In this document: positions 20,101-30,048 of the stretch, one piece after another
Layout of the letters: each line of letters begins with the position of its first letter
How positions within the stretch are numbered: the first letter of the stretch is position 1
Origin: a virus
IMG/VR virus record: IMGVR_UViG_3300022668_000040
Span: 12,089 to 76,088 of that record
Strand: one strand, 5' to 3'
Length of the DNA: 64,000 nt
The notes under the pieces: model-generated
Databases searched by the model: none
The model's input: only the letters and a program-made list of their open reading frames with translations
Told to the model about the DNA's origin: nothing
Made by a program: the position numbers and the translations under genes

Positions 20101-23100
20101 GCGAACACCAAAAAATCAGGAAGATGATCTATTATTTGGATTTATTGGAAATCAAAAAGATGGGTCCAGCGTTATTGCAGATTTTTCTATACATAATAAG
20201 CAGATAACAAATGAGGGATGTACTCATTCCACGCAGTATATGAATAAAACTCTAGCTTCAGTTTTGTTTGAATCTAGTAGATTATTGATAGAACCATTTG
20301 ATCTTCCTCTTTTTTGGAATGATATGACCATTGAATGGTGGGAATTTCGTATTAAAGGTGTATCTGCCAGTGCTATTCTTACTAATAGAGTACCAGGAGG
20401 AGAGTATACAGGAATGCTGATAGGATATCAATATGGTAGCAATATGTTGTGTTACATGAGATCAAATAAAAGTGCTTCGTGGGATATTTTAAGTGGAGTA
20501 TCTATGGGCGCTATAGATTATCTCACTTGGAATCATTTTGCCATTTCTAAAAAAGGGAATATATATAGAACATTTAAAAATGGTATTAAAATTAGTGAAG
20601 TTTCCTCTGATTTGATTCCTTATAATTCCACAAATCCAATAAAAATTGGACAAGATCAGAATTACTTTTCTGGAGCAATACAGAGTTTGCGGGTATCTCA
20701 AAAGTGTAAATATGTGGAGAATTTTACACCAGTTATGAACTCAGATGGGCTTGTGTCCTATTCTAGGTTAGCCATTGAACACGTTCAAACAGGTCAGCAA
20801 TGTTATGCTGAGATTGCTTGTATAAAAGAAGATAATTTAGATATTTTTGTTAATATTCCCTCAATTTCAGATACTACAGATGAGGATTTATTACTAATAT
20901 ATGGCAATGAGTTAGACGAGAACTCTGACTATGTTTCCATTACCGGAGAAGATCGAATTAATTCGTTACTCAGATCTTGTGTTATCAATGATGAGTACTC
21001 AAACTCTGTTGTATGGAGAACTCCAATTCCGCCAGAAATGTTTTCAGATATTCCTTCTGGGAAAAAAATAGCTTTTATATTTCCGCATATGGGTAATGAT
21101 TACACTGTACAGGGTGTGTTTATAGGGCTACAAGCATCTTCAGGAGGGGCCTCAGATTTTGAACCAGGAACCAAAGTCCAACTAACATTTAATGGTGGAG
21201 ATAATGGATCTTTAATTACATCCACTAATAATACTACAGATTTTGTTTTATTTAATTTTGGGGAATTAGATACTATAGTTATCTCCTTTCAACAAGTTAG
21301 TGGTAGTCAGCCTCGTAATACTGGAGAAAATGGGCTTACTACCTATTATAAATTTACTACAGATGAAGTATCCGGGGATGATGTAGTAAGTGGATTGTCT
21401 ACTACACCATATATTATGAGGCCATTACATGTGATTACGGAGCCCGAAAGACCATATCAAAAGGTTTGGGATGATTCTTTCCTATCTGTATACCATTTAG
21501 TAAACAGCAGTAGTGGTGCAGAATCTGTGTACGACTCCACTATTAATAAAAATCATTTAACCCCATATGGTAGTTTGCCAGGGAAAATTACCACAGAGGA
21601 TGGACTTTCATTTTCTAGTAGTTCAAACGATTATATAAATGGGACGGGGGATTTTTCCAGCATTATAGATGAATATTCCCTGGAAGTGTTCCAAAAATGG
21701 AATACGATTCCTGGGGAATGGGACACTGTTATTCGTATAGGGCAAGCAAATCAAGCCGGGGCTATTATGATGGGGACATACTCAACATCTTCTTATTGGG
21801 ATGTTGGTGTATGGTATGATCATTTACAATCCTCTACTCCTTTAAATAGTGATATGCAGCATACTGCCATAACATTTGAAAATGGGGATGCTAAAATTAT
21901 TCAAAATGGAGTTTTTGGAGGAACTAATTCTGTAGCTTTACAAACTTTTACTGAGTTTTCTACTATTTTTATTGGTGGGGATACTCAAGGAAGTGGAACA
22001 GAAATGAGTGATCAGACTATTAAGGAGATACGTATATCAAACACTGCAAGGAGTCAGCATTGGTTACGGGCCACAGAATACTCTCTTCATGATAATTTAT
22101 TATTATATATTGATCATTCTGCGCATGAATCCCCGTTATCTGGATGGGAAGAGCATCAGCCAGTAACGGCAATAATTTCTGCAAATGATGTAAATACTAC
22201 GGTAACAGACTTTCCTGTTATGATACGAATTTCACAAGAATCAGGCAAAAATGCTGTGAATTTATTTCATATTTTGAATGAGTTTAGAAGCCAAGGCACT
22301 TTTGCAGGAAATGTTATCCAATCATATGAATTTAATTCTACAAACAGATTAGATGGTATGTTTATGGATAATTTGCAATTTTCCTCCAACAACTTGTTTA
22401 TGGAAAATCACGCAATGGAGTTTTTTCAAGATGGGAGTTCTACTATAACTCTTTCACCAAAATTAAGAGATGTATTGGTTCAAGAGGATCTCACCTATTG
22501 TTTTTGGATAAATCCTTATGCTAGTAGGAATACTTCAGGATCTGATACAAAAAAATCCATATTTGGTACCAAATATAGTGCTGAGGTAGCTATAATATAT
22601 CATTATGCAGAATATGTAGAATTTTATATGGATAGTGACTTAATTAGAACCTCAGATGGGAGTGTTCCATTACATAAATGGACTTTTGTGGTTTTTGTAA
22701 GAAATAAAGAGGAAGATACGGTCAAAATTTATCTAAACAATAAAGTGGCTGCACAGGGAACTTATAATTATTCCTTATCTTATTCAAATTGGCCTATACT
22801 TCTTGGAGATAGTCAAACTGATTATCCATTTGTTGGTGGACTTTCAGATTTTATGATATTTGACAGAGCTTTACTCCCAGAAGAAATACATCAGATATAT
22901 TTTAATAGAAGGTATGTAACGTTCAAAAATGTTTGGAGTGTATCTATATTTACGGCACAAAGTGAATTTCCTTTGTTTTTAAATGAAACTATTTCTTCTA
23001 TTAATATAGAAGCCACAGAAAATGGACAATATGTGTCCCTGTGTTTTACCACTGATCAAAATACCTATTGGATATATTCTGGTTCTAACTGGGTTGCGAT

Positions 23101-23671
23101 AGCTTCTAATGATGAAAATATTCATGGGGATGTTGGAAGTGATGCTTGGCATTTTAAAAATTCTGCTGATGTATGGACATTATCTTCTAGTAATGAACCT
23201 ATGAATACAATTGCTATGGCATTAGATTTCCAAGAAAATAGGATGGGCTATAGTACGGTAAATAATTTAAACCAAACAGCTATCCATGAATTATTTTCTT
23301 CAATAGAAGGTGTTTTTGATGTGGCTATAGGGTTAAAAACTAATAATGATTATGAGTTGCCAGAAGTAACAAAGGTAAAATACAATAATTCAGAATATTG
23401 GGTATCTAAAGTATATGATTTAGCTTATATGGATGGGGCAATAGTCTCTTCAAATGTTAGTTGGATTTATAGGGATTCTTCAGACCATATCAAAGTGTTT
23501 GTTATGATCACTGGTAATCCCAATTGGGTAGAATGCACTAATAACAGTCCTATCCCTGGAATTACTTACCAAATGAATACAGTAGGAAAAGTTATGCAAT
23601 TTAAAGTGGTATTTGACTTTGATACAAATGCAAGCCCTGATGATATAGAGCTTGCAGTAAAATTGATATGA
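17126..23671 (+). CDS. Very large putative receptor-binding tail protein with LamG/concanavalin-like and DUF2341-like repeats
   Basis: Repeated LamG motifs (W.H.....YVDG, I.E.R.S...R...W) and DUF2341-like segments (IWVKVPTIS, FVNIPSIS; VWDSNYVAVYHL, VWDDSFLSVYHL). Confidence 0.75.
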   Translation: MHIKKRYISNVFLAVTAKQKLSGNVSSPSSGLSTIFILDRNTMNLIATTIADPQTGDWVCYVPFRNDEQLIAICRDESGDFNADIYDRISLCTNDYVHVVEFNSIVIPGEDLFFMLESPKQTGAVAGFPHEVQHRDLKSTISTIGCGNNLNESIFKNISEVQLSIGEGGDIPEVVPGSLINGNSGIWPELTTDDRENRGVKTPDIFGDSSCRLCLDFKDGLLIDKTGTQIVEYAKSQFRAAPGKYNSGFGNANLSFHNIFDLGINFISGEANALSFWVNINELEYTGADTYIVHHSSDYGFRLGFRPSTRTIYLSVGSDTSWSINNQYITLPVYPYVYFAYNSWVHFVVSIGVSSSKIYVDGQLVKTFTGNGFTASTGTLIFNSELTNRGTKSTFDIIRVFNREITDGEAIQLFEEKKMSTVSVTGIYGVNPAITDKLILNGLSSPPICNFRLDGHFADVSDSNFSGYLDGVFFNNDFINFDGTNGIHSSELSTDIGTGSVGDEGAIDLLCKFSLEDITNIGTSCLYKSGDNSNGIALGFNAVGDLCIFGCLSGTVTAISISLSYLTDNGWYYVIGSKKELILLNEKLEKIASSKGTIEVGNGSNQQSVGIVVAGSPLTATAGGPIQGFIGSIEKVGIYEENTLSVDFLDNLQLACEVGSTGQQCYGEVSKWDILDDEIIIWVKVPTISNAEDTVLRFYFSAGAVPNTTYMGHTGDVQAQQVWDSNYVAVYHLESDGTTIKDSTANSNNLTLSGGSIEEGIIFDGVSDYAFVDSSTLKLGDGDFSYEVLLKRTSQQSSLGIVMTGGQTGSLLSPILGIMPNSEVIQFGTDVGYIYGGTLSYDSEYVAATYDGLGQFSGLSLYVDGASISTNTQGAFSGFSNSAEYFTVAAELDDGALSKFFEGNIQEVRVSSIKRNADWIALTNKSISDNLITFIGNYVKPSLSGYENAKSMHIQIDATKIGEQLSNFPILLQINANAGINGTDLSEILTELRTPKNQEDDLLFGFIGNQKDGSSVIADFSIHNKQITNEGCTHSTQYMNKTLASVLFESSRLLIEPFDLPLFWNDMTIEWWEFRIKGVSASAILTNRVPGGEYTGMLIGYQYGSNMLCYMRSNKSASWDILSGVSMGAIDYLTWNHFAISKKGNIYRTFKNGIKISEVSSDLIPYNSTNPIKIGQDQNYFSGAIQSLRVSQKCKYVENFTPVMNSDGLVSYSRLAIEHVQTGQQCYAEIACIKEDNLDIFVNIPSISDTTDEDLLLIYGNELDENSDYVSITGEDRINSLLRSCVINDEYSNSVVWRTPIPPEMFSDIPSGKKIAFIFPHMGNDYTVQGVFIGLQASSGGASDFEPGTKVQLTFNGGDNGSLITSTNNTTDFVLFNFGELDTIVISFQQVSGSQPRNTGENGLTTYYKFTTDEVSGDDVVSGLSTTPYIMRPLHVITEPERPYQKVWDDSFLSVYHLVNSSSGAESVYDSTINKNHLTPYGSLPGKITTEDGLSFSSSSNDYINGTGDFSSIIDEYSLEVFQKWNTIPGEWDTVIRIGQANQAGAIMMGTYSTSSYWDVGVWYDHLQSSTPLNSDMQHTAITFENGDAKIIQNGVFGGTNSVALQTFTEFSTIFIGGDTQGSGTEMSDQTIKEIRISNTARSQHWLRATEYSLHDNLLLYIDHSAHESPLSGWEEHQPVTAIISANDVNTTVTDFPVMIRISQESGKNAVNLFHILNEFRSQGTFAGNVIQSYEFNSTNRLDGMFMDNLQFSSNNLFMENHAMEFFQDGSSTITLSPKLRDVLVQEDLTYCFWINPYASRNTSGSDTKKSIFGTKYSAEVAIIYHYAEYVEFYMDSDLIRTSDGSVPLHKWTFVVFVRNKEEDTVKIYLNNKVAAQGTYNYSLSYSNWPILLGDSQTDYPFVGGLSDFMIFDRALLPEEIHQIYFNRRYVTFKNVWSVSIFTAQSEFPLFLNETISSINIEATENGQYVSLCFTTDQNTYWIYSGSNWVAIASNDENIHGDVGSDAWHFKNSADVWTLSSSNEPMNTIAMALDFQENRMGYSTVNNLNQTAIHELFSSIEGVFDVAIGLKTNNDYELPEVTKVKYNNSEYWVSKVYDLAYMDGAIVSSNVSWIYRDSSDHIKVFVMITGNPNWVECTNNSPIPGITYQMNTVGKVMQFKVVFDFDTNASPDDIELAVKLI

Positions 23672-23680
23672 GGAAAGAAA

Positions 23681-24238
23681 ATGAGTAAATGGTTGCCCGA
23701 TAGCACACTTGAATTAATTCTAGTAAAAATTCAAAATTCAGAGGAAATAGCTATATGCTCACAGCAGCCACTAACCTATTTCAACGCTGCATGGGGTTCG
23801 TTGTGGATTCAAAATACGGCATATAATTTGGGGGATATTATACACCCACCCACGCAAAATGGACATATTTACGAGTGTGTGGTGGCGGGCACCAGTGATT
23901 CCACAGAACCTGGATGGGGTGTCACACAAGACCAGGAGTTTGTGGATGGTGGAGTAACTTGGAAGACACATGATAATTATTCTTTAGTAAATGCAGCATT
24001 ATCTCCTAGTGATTTAACCATTGGAGAAGGTTCAGTTAGTGGACGAGCCCTGTTTGTAGCACAAAAAGTAGGAGAAATAGTACACACAGGAGGTGCTGTT
24101 ACACACACAGCACTAATTTCTAATACCACAAGAGAATTAAATGCTGTTTCCCTTTCCCAAACAGATGGGGGTGTATTGGAGGAAGGAAAATTAACGGCAA
24201 TCATAGGATTTAGCATAGAAGTTGGAGACCCTGAATAA
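23681..24238 (+). CDS. Virion protein with carbohydrate-binding-module-like insertion
   Basis: WIQNTAYNLGD...NGHIYEC..AGTS...EP.W......DGGVTW motif. Confidence 0.55.
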   Translation: MSKWLPDSTLELILVKIQNSEEIAICSQQPLTYFNAAWGSLWIQNTAYNLGDIIHPPTQNGHIYECVVAGTSDSTEPGWGVTQDQEFVDGGVTWKTHDNYSLVNAALSPSDLTIGEGSVSGRALFVAQKVGEIVHTGGAVTHTALISNTTRELNAVSLSQTDGGVLEEGKLTAIIGFSIEVGDPE

Positions 24239-26490
24239 TGGTGTATACCCCAAAAACATGTGACGATATATTATTTCAGTTAGGAGGTACATATACCCCT
24301 CCAAATTGTGGTAGTATTGATTTTACTTTTGGGGATACTTTAACTCAAATAGTCACAACAAATAATCTGCTGATTTCTATTTCATTATCTCAGCCCATTG
24401 TTTTATCTGGGGAGATAATTCAAACAGAAAATGAGATTATTCCTATATCTGCATCCACAAACGATGTAGAACAGTTGACCAACATTATTTCTGAAAACAG
24501 CACCATTCCTATTTTGGGATCTTCTACAGAAGTGTGGATGATTCCAACAATAATAACTTCGGATATAAACGTTGACGTTTATATTAATTCTTTGGACATA
24601 CCTGAACCAAAGGAGTATGACCTTCCTGTTGGATTTGGTGGATTACTAGGAAGATTATTTTTTTGGGGCAATGCTACACCAGTAGATAAACACTTATCAA
24701 TGTCTTTTAGTGAAGGCATTCATATTGATAAAAAAGAAACTCTATCTGTTGATATTACAGAAGATTTAGATTCCTCCACATCTTCATCTTGGAAATCTCA
24801 AGATATTGTGGATGTGGTTGTTCATTCTTCTTACAGGAAGTATCAGTACCTGATTGATATTTCTGTAAGTAGTTCGTACATGGGAATAATGAATTATGTA
24901 GATTTAACATATGATAGTTCTTGGAAAGATTTTAGAAAGCAATATGATTGGCAAATTTCTACTCCCTACAAGTCTCCATTATCTAAAGATATCCATAAGG
25001 GTATATCATACGGTACACCGAGTAAGGAAGACAAAGGGCAATCTATTGTTTGGAGTGAGCCAGGGGGGACAGATATAGAAAAAATTCAGACCTGGGGACC
25101 TTACAGCTATTTCAAACTGTGTGAAGATGATCATAAATATTATCCCCCAAAAGCATGCTCCCCCGTAAATTTTGCGTTTCCTTCTAAATACGAATTAAGA
25201 CCTAATGTATGTGAAGGAGTGAAGTTTTTTCTTTCCGGTTTTGCTACAAAACCAGATCCACGTTGTCCTTGGGATCATTATCATAGTGGCATAAGAGATA
25301 GATATCCAGGAATTTTGGTAAATGTTACTAAATTTCCATCCCCAAAAAAGGTGTATTATATGTTTAATACCATATTTGTAAGTGAATTGATAACAAATCG
25401 TCCTATTGAAGTTTTCCAAGTATCTGCTTCTATCGATAGAGATAGTTGGCTATGGCAATTTAATTTGACTATTGCTTCCAGAGATTGTCTTGAGTTGATA
25501 AAACCAAAAGATGGGGTATTTACGCATATAAAAATAGTAATGAATGGGTATGTTTGGTTTTGTACAGTAGAAGGGTGGAAAGAGAATAGAACACACACCA
25601 AACAATCTTGGACAGTATATGGGAGATCCCCTTCTCTAATGCTAGCTGCTCCAGTACACCAAAAAGAAACATATACAGAAACTTCTGCTTTGCAGGGACA
25701 AACTCTTTTCAGTCAAATTGTAGGGGGAGCAAATATTCCAAATTATTGGCCTACACAATTTCAAAGTTGGACAGATGATTGGAGCACATATAACAATACA
25801 TGTACAGGGTTTACTCCTTACTCCTCCTGGTATATCCCAGAGAATACATTATCTTATTCAGATAAGACACCTATTGAAGTAATGAAAGATTTGGCTGGAG
25901 CTATTGGAGCATACATTCAAACTGATCCTGAAGATCCGACAGTGCATGTCAAGCCTTTATATGCTCACCAACCTTGGGATTGGGACAATACTAATTCTAA
26001 TATAGATTGGAAGCCAATTATTGAAGATCAATGTGTGGAAATAGCTAGTTCTTCAAATCTAAAATCATATTACCAAGCTGTGCAGGTAATGGGGGAAGCT
26101 GTGGGGGGATCAAATTCAGGTACAGGATCTGATGCATCCAATACAGCCATATTTGCGGATGTGTGTCGAGATGGATGGTGTGGGGGTGGGGCCACCTATG
26201 CACCTATGGAAACTCACCCTTTAATAACCAGCACTAAAGCAGCGCTGGAAAAAGGACGTATGATCTTAGGGAACACAGGAGAGTGGGTGGATCATACTTT
26301 ACGCCTTAATGTATTATGCCCCGGCTCTGATTCATCGGGACTATTTCTACCCGGAGACATGATTACAGTTTTGGAACGAGGAACTCCTTGGTATGGGCAG
26401 GTAACAGGCACGTCTGTCACTGCATCTATGTCAGGATCTGCATTTACCATATCACAACAAATAGAAGTTGAAGAATATATTGGAGAATAA
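24238..26490 (+). CDS. Putative tail hub/tip protein
   Basis: 750 aa; S.DRDSW.W.F, GRSP..ML.AP, TP.EV...LA.A.GA, PLIT......KGR..L motifs. Confidence 0.6.
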   Translation: MVYTPKTCDDILFQLGGTYTPPNCGSIDFTFGDTLTQIVTTNNLLISISLSQPIVLSGEIIQTENEIIPISASTNDVEQLTNIISENSTIPILGSSTEVWMIPTIITSDINVDVYINSLDIPEPKEYDLPVGFGGLLGRLFFWGNATPVDKHLSMSFSEGIHIDKKETLSVDITEDLDSSTSSSWKSQDIVDVVVHSSYRKYQYLIDISVSSSYMGIMNYVDLTYDSSWKDFRKQYDWQISTPYKSPLSKDIHKGISYGTPSKEDKGQSIVWSEPGGTDIEKIQTWGPYSYFKLCEDDHKYYPPKACSPVNFAFPSKYELRPNVCEGVKFFLSGFATKPDPRCPWDHYHSGIRDRYPGILVNVTKFPSPKKVYYMFNTIFVSELITNRPIEVFQVSASIDRDSWLWQFNLTIASRDCLELIKPKDGVFTHIKIVMNGYVWFCTVEGWKENRTHTKQSWTVYGRSPSLMLAAPVHQKETYTETSALQGQTLFSQIVGGANIPNYWPTQFQSWTDDWSTYNNTCTGFTPYSSWYIPENTLSYSDKTPIEVMKDLAGAIGAYIQTDPEDPTVHVKPLYAHQPWDWDNTNSNIDWKPIIEDQCVEIASSSNLKSYYQAVQVMGEAVGGSNSGTGSDASNTAIFADVCRDGWCGGGATYAPMETHPLITSTKAALEKGRMILGNTGEWVDHTLRLNVLCPGSDSSGLFLPGDMITVLERGTPWYGQVTGTSVTASMSGSAFTISQQIEVEEYIGE

Positions 26491-26492
26491 TA

Positions 26493-26750
26493 ATGGCAAA
26501 TCCTTGGGTATCCTTCCTATCTTTATTACCTAAAAATAAAAGATGGATAGGAAAAATAAAATCTATTAATTCCATAACGGCAACTGCCACTATTGAGATT
26601 CCTATTGGAATGGGAGGGGCAAGTGGATCTGATATTATGCTACCTACAAATAATTCCTATTCTGTGGGGGAGTATGTCTTTATAGAGGGCAATTCTATAG
26701 TAGGCAAAGCCCCGAATTTACGTACTGTTTCCCAGGAAATAATTTATTGA
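26493..26750 (+). CDS. Small tail tip protein
   Basis: MANPW..F..LLP and VGEYVFI.G..I.G.AP.L pattern; follows hub gene. Confidence 0.55.
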   Translation: MANPWVSFLSLLPKNKRWIGKIKSINSITATATIEIPIGMGGASGSDIMLPTNNSYSVGEYVFIEGNSIVGKAPNLRTVSQEIIY

Positions 26751-26775
26751 CTTAATGAGTTTAATTCTTTATACT
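26747..26775 (+). promoter_or_regulatory. Sigma70-type promoter
   Basis: TTGACT-N17-TATACT, 25 nt upstream of ATG 26801. Confidence 0.7.
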
Positions 26776-26800
26776 TAAAAGAAATACTTTGGTATAGTAT

Positions 26801-27193
26801 ATGGCAAATAAAATTAAAAATTTTTATCAGGGAACCACACGCAGATACTCAATAAATGTACTTATAGAAGATGAATTGGGAGAACAATCCATAGTCTCTG
26901 TAGACGGAGCCATCTTGTTAGTAACATTCAAATCTGATGTGTACATGGAAGATGAAGACGCGGAAATTTATAAGCGTCAAGTTTGTGCTGAAGTAGACCC
27001 AAGCAATCCTACAGGAAAGATAGAAATTTCTTTATCTAAAGAAGATACTGCTGTTCCTCCAGGGAAATACTATTATTATTTCCAAATATTATTTCCAAAT
27101 GGCACACTATATACAATCCTACCGGATGTAAATGCAGAAAAAGCTGATAAAATCGTACACATAAAAAAACGAGTTAGAGATGAGGCCGTGTAA
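26801..27193 (+). CDS. BppU N-terminal-like virion protein
   Basis: QG.TR.Y....D.......G...TFK, G.IEI.L...DT...PG.YYY..Q pattern. Confidence 0.5.
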   Translation: MANKIKNFYQGTTRRYSINVLIEDELGEQSIVSVDGAILLVTFKSDVYMEDEDAEIYKRQVCAEVDPSNPTGKIEISLSKEDTAVPPGKYYYYFQILFPNGTLYTILPDVNAEKADKIVHIKKRVRDEAV

Positions 27194-27639
27194 TGAGTGC
27201 TTGTGAATGCATTGTTGTAAATATAGCAGAAAAGGAGGAAATCACTTGTACCATTCATGAAGAAAAAATACTCTGCACAATTGTAGAAAATGAACCAATT
27301 AATATAACTGGTCATTTTGCAACTGAAGATATCAAAAATGCAATTTGGAGACATTCTATACAGTTTTCAGCAGATTCTTTTTCTGGAAATACTCTATACA
27401 TTGGTACGCCCCCGGAAAATTATATGATTATAGCTGTACAACTGATTGTTTCTGAGCCATTTGATACATCTTTATTATTGGGAACACTAGATAACACTTC
27501 TGAAATTGGAGTTGTTCCAATAGAAAAAATTGGAGATCTTAGATGGTCTCCAATGATCAATATACAGGGATCACTTAATATTTTTACAACTTCAGCTCCT
27601 ACAAAAGGTGCTGGAAAATTGCTAATAATCGCTATATGA
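27193..27639 (+). CDS. Hypothetical, probably virion-associated
   Basis: Coupled ORF; V.EPFD and PTKGAG.L.I C-terminal pattern shared with the next gene. Confidence 0.45.
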   Translation: MSACECIVVNIAEKEEITCTIHEEKILCTIVENEPINITGHFATEDIKNAIWRHSIQFSADSFSGNTLYIGTPPENYMIIAVQLIVSEPFDTSLLLGTLDNTSEIGVVPIEKIGDLRWSPMINIQGSLNIFTTSAPTKGAGKLLIIAI

Positions 27640-27648
27640 GGTACACAT

Positions 27649-28065
27649 ATGTCTTACACTGACATGGATTTGCAAGGAACAGGAGAGCCCGACTTTGAAA
27701 TTGGAGGGGTAGCCAATTCGTGGAGCACTTCTACAAATCCTCCCATTCTTTTGAATACTGCACTCATTGCAGCTGAGAGCACTGCTGAGCTTTCCGAAGG
27801 AGCCAGAATTAAAGAAATTATTTTTGTTGTCACCACTGGATACGATAACAATTCGCAACTTGCTTCCAGGATCGAGGGGACAACTAATTTGAATCTTCCC
27901 ACACTTCCGGCGGCGCAGGCTGCTACACCTGGAGTATATAAGTACTCCACAGGATGGACAGTTGGATCTGGAGAAAATGGGCCTCTGGTGGTTACCCCAT
28001 CAGACACCCCTACTGTGGGTGCCTGTCAAGTATTTCTGTATTATGACGATGCTCCGGCTGAGTAA
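27649..28065 (+). CDS. Hypothetical, probably virion-associated
   Basis: GAGG SD; VTTGYD and PTVGACQVF C-terminal pattern. Confidence 0.45.
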   Translation: MSYTDMDLQGTGEPDFEIGGVANSWSTSTNPPILLNTALIAAESTAELSEGARIKEIIFVVTTGYDNNSQLASRIEGTTNLNLPTLPAAQAATPGVYKYSTGWTVGSGENGPLVVTPSDTPTVGACQVFLYYDDAPAE

Positions 28066-28068
28066 ATT

Positions 28069-29550
28069 ATGGATTCTTGGGTAGGAATGGATGATGACCA
28101 TAGCTCCCAATGGACTGTGGCGGCTGCTGAGGCCGCCACATACATTGAAGGGGAGCAAGTGTTTATCTGGGAAACAGGGAATACATATTACTGCTCTTTG
28201 TCTAGTGGAGAAACAGTAGATCACTCTGATTTTACCATACTTAGTTGTGGTAATGGCGGAGATGCCAGATTAATATTGATAGGGAAAAATATTAATTTTT
28301 CAAGGATTACACCTGATGCTAGTAATATTGTTGGATCTGTTACTACAGATCCAAGCTTATCCAATTTATTAAATTTAATATGGAGTTCTGGATTATTTTC
28401 TGGATTTTCCCTAACTGACAATAATAATGGTACTGTAAGTATTTCTAGTGGAGAAGGGGTATTACGTGTATCAGATTCTCCCACAGCTCAATTAAAACTT
28501 ATCACAACACCCGCTTCAAATAATATTCAGTTAACTGATAATTCTATAAATTATTTATATGTAAATTACGATTCTGGAAATCCAAGCATCCAGGTCGGCA
28601 CTTCTGAATCAGAATTCAATTGCTTAGATAAATGTGTTTTGTATCGAATATCTCGAACTGGTAACACTATCCATTATATTAATTTAATGGCAAATAACAT
28701 TGATGCCAATAGATCTTTACGTAGGAAAGATTTTGAGATATCCAATATAGATATTGGTATTGGAGCAAAATTATTTGAGATTGGAAATAGATATATTGGA
28801 ATAACAGCAGGTAGTTTTTGGGTAATTTTATCCAGAATTTCTACTGAAGCTTTTGATTCTTCAGCAAGTGATACATTTGAGGTACATTATAGAGATGGTT
28901 CGGGAGGATGGACCACTTCTACTGGAAATTCTCAACTTAGTAATCTCTATTATGATAACAATACTGGATCACCAACTACTTTAACTAACGGACGATTTGT
29001 AACTTACTTTGTTTTTGCTTGCTTGTCAGAAAATGGATACTCTGTATCTGTAGTAATGGGACAATTCCAACATAAAACAAGGGAGGATGCAGAAAATGAA
29101 AAGATACCCTCAGATCTACCTAGTAAAATTCAAGCTGTTGGCACTATTTTATCTTTAGTAACTATTGAAAAAAATAATACTAATTTTTCTTCTTATATAA
29201 ATGTGGAACATTCCTCATTTCAGAGATCTTTACCAACAATACATAACAATATAAATGGATTGCAGGGAGGGGAAACTGGGGAATATTACCATTTACCAAG
29301 TGATGACTTTGTTAATATTACAGATAGCAACGCACAGCTTGGTAATTTGCTCACTTCAGGAACACCTACATTCCTTTCTATATTATTATCCAAAGGAATT
29401 AAATTAGGAAATGATACTTCAATTGCCTCTTCCACTAATGAAGGGACTATTAGGTTTAGAAAAGAAACCAATAGTGTACATCTGGAGCTGTCTGTGGCTA
29501 TAGATGGCGTGTATTCCTGGCAACCTATAATGGACCCAATAACTTGGTAA
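28069..29550 (+). CDS. Putative tail fibre/decoration protein
   Basis: Ser/Thr/Gly-rich beta protein; HNN..GLQGG...EYYHL motif and C-terminal GTIRF. Confidence 0.55.
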   Translation: MDSWVGMDDDHSSQWTVAAAEAATYIEGEQVFIWETGNTYYCSLSSGETVDHSDFTILSCGNGGDARLILIGKNINFSRITPDASNIVGSVTTDPSLSNLLNLIWSSGLFSGFSLTDNNNGTVSISSGEGVLRVSDSPTAQLKLITTPASNNIQLTDNSINYLYVNYDSGNPSIQVGTSESEFNCLDKCVLYRISRTGNTIHYINLMANNIDANRSLRRKDFEISNIDIGIGAKLFEIGNRYIGITAGSFWVILSRISTEAFDSSASDTFEVHYRDGSGGWTTSTGNSQLSNLYYDNNTGSPTTLTNGRFVTYFVFACLSENGYSVSVVMGQFQHKTREDAENEKIPSDLPSKIQAVGTILSLVTIEKNNTNFSSYINVEHSSFQRSLPTIHNNINGLQGGETGEYYHLPSDDFVNITDSNAQLGNLLTSGTPTFLSILLSKGIKLGNDTSIASSTNEGTIRFRKETNSVHLELSVAIDGVYSWQPIMDPITW

Positions 29551-29551
29551 A

Positions 29552-30048
29552 ATGAAAACCTATTTTTTAAAAATATGCTTCTTGTGTTCTTTGTATTTAT
29601 CTAGTACCACAGCATATGCTAATGAAGAAACAGCTGTGTTAGTTGAACGTTTAAAGCATTTACAGGCATCTTTAGAACAGTCTCACACTGCGCTTCAAAT
29701 GACTGTTACACAATTAGAAGAAACAAATGAACACGTCATTGCTCTTCAACAAGATCTAAAAGATTTACAAAGAATTAATACTCAACAAGATAAAATAATC
29801 TCCAAATTAGTGCAAAGTGAGGAAGAAAATACGCGCATAAAAAAAAAGTATATGAAGCTAGGGTATTTATCAACTGTATTTGTAAGTGGGGAACAGTGAT
29901 AATCACAGTTGTGCTCCCGGCAGGATTGGGATTTATTTGGAAAAGAAAAATTAAACTGACAGTGGGTAAAATAAACGAAACTCTCAGTATGATTGAAAAA
30001 AGTATTAGAGACAAACCTATCGACAAAGAGGAAAATAAAAATGGATAA
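29552..30048 (+). CDS. Signal peptide + coiled coil + C-terminal TM protein of the lysis region; -1 frameshift at A9 run 29839-29847
   Basis: 0 frame stops at 29899; -1 frame after A AAA AAG gives WGTVIITVVLPAGLGFIWKRK and stops at 30048, overlapping the next ATG. Confidence 0.6.

Noticed and set aside
17126-29550. Diversity-generating retroelement acting on tail fibres
   Set aside because: No reverse transcriptase and no adenine-variant template/variable repeat pair noticed
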